Of a stretch of 64,000 bases of DNA, positions 62,980-64,000 are shown piece by piece (position 1 is the stretch's first letter; each line of letters starts with the position of its first letter). The notes under the pieces are model-generated. The model saw only the letters and a program-made list of their open reading frames with translations. It made no database searches and was not told the origin of the DNA. The stretch lies in the NCBI GenBank assembly GCA_026770705.1, contig JANJGN010000210.1, positions 62,001 through 126,000 on the forward strand, given 5' to 3'. Source of the stretch: Isurus oxyrinchus (Eukaryota). Made by a program: the position numbers and the translations under genes.

Positions 62980-63050
62980 CGATATTTAAATACCCGGCAG
63001 AAGGGGGCGGGTTTCCAGGCGCCGCCTGTTGATTCCCTGGTGGAGGCGGT
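62980..63050 (-). promoter_or_regulatory. VH promoter (TATTTAAATA box, GC box); no octamer
   Basis: TATTTAAATA about 90 bp upstream of ATG, GGGGGCGGG at 63003; no ATGCAAAT/ATTTGCAT seen in the 400 bp upstream. Confidence 0.6.
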
Positions 63051-64000
63051 GAATGGATCCACGCCCCTCCTTCCACACCCCCAACAGAATGGACTCAGAT
63101 ATTTACAATAGGTTATTGTTAAAAGTGGATATCGGGATATTTGGCTGAATGGATTCATTGGAATGCATCCATTGGTTCCAATGGTGAAATTCCAGTTGAA
63201 CATCTGTTAATAAAAAAAACTAATTCCATTGATAATTAAGTCAATTTATTTCTACACTACCTCACAAGGGATGGAACCTAAAAAAATAAATTATATTATC
63301 AGGGAATAAAGGGAATGTCAGTCTGTTTTGCAGCAACTCCGGGTCTCTATCTCATTACCACAATAAAGTGTCATCAGTCATTGGAATTATTATCGATTTG
63401 TGTAAGTAAATGCGGGGGATGAACAAGGTGATTCTATTTACAGCCAGGGTGGCTATCGCTGTACAATTTGGGTCCGGAGATAAGAAGAATCTCCTCACAT
63501 TATACAATGTCCCTCCTCGCATTTCTCTAACTGCCCCTGACCCTAAGACAGCCCTGTGAAAATTAGCAGCAAAAGAAGCCCACCTGCCTGATAATTAAAC
63601 AGTGAGTTTACAGAGAAAGGTAAAATTTACATCAATTTTTGACGGAGAAGTTAATGAATCAGAACGGACACGGAGATTAGCAAAGTTATCCTTCAGAATT
63701 CAAATCATTGCAGCTAATTTTATTGGCCTCCCGCTGTCTACCATTCACTGGTATTGGGAACACAGGATATCAGCACTTTGCGGCATATTATACAACATCA
63801 CAAGAATAAATGTTTTATCTTCCACTGAAGCGGGTCATGAACTGGTTATTTCTCCACTCATTGGCAGCAATGAGAGGGACTGTTAAATATTCGAAATCAG
63901 CACAAATTAAACTATACAGTACAGGGTGCTAATCGGGTATAAGTGATCCCTCAGGTTAATTAAGGTGCACAACTCGGGGAATATTCAAGGAATTCCTGCG

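Overview
Eukaryotic genomic DNA from a cartilaginous fish (shark-type IgM, shark LINE/SINE families); the bacterial-style ORF track is mostly irrelevant and genes were built from splice sites and RSSs. Left (1-11.4 kb): the end of a T-cell-receptor V(alpha/delta)-type array with two intact + strand V genes (leader, intron, V exon, 23-RSS with perfect nonamer) and several V pseudogenes on both strands; two minus-strand Vs carry CTCF motifs about 25 bp past the RSS. 11.4-15.6 kb: a head-to-head inverted pair of Penelope-like retroelements (RT + GIY-YIG, terminal hammerhead-like motifs) that cuts off the last V. 16-31 kb: decaying C2H2 zinc-finger gene cluster with ERV, RTE, L2, CR1 and gypsy debris. 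34.7-42.4 kb: a dozen or so decayed tRNA-gene relics. 43.9-63 kb, minus strand: a complete, open-frame, germline-unrearranged shark IgM heavy-chain cluster (L-VH-D1-D2-JH-Cmu1-4/secretory tail-TM1-TM2), with one assembly gap (55552-55741) in the J-C intron. The main point of interest is the physical cis-linkage of an intact IgM cluster to TCR V genes with 12/23-compatible RSSs, plus candidate control elements (RSS-proximal CTCF sites, a G-rich switch-like repeat, enhancer-like motif clusters, a possible alternative cytoplasmic exon).
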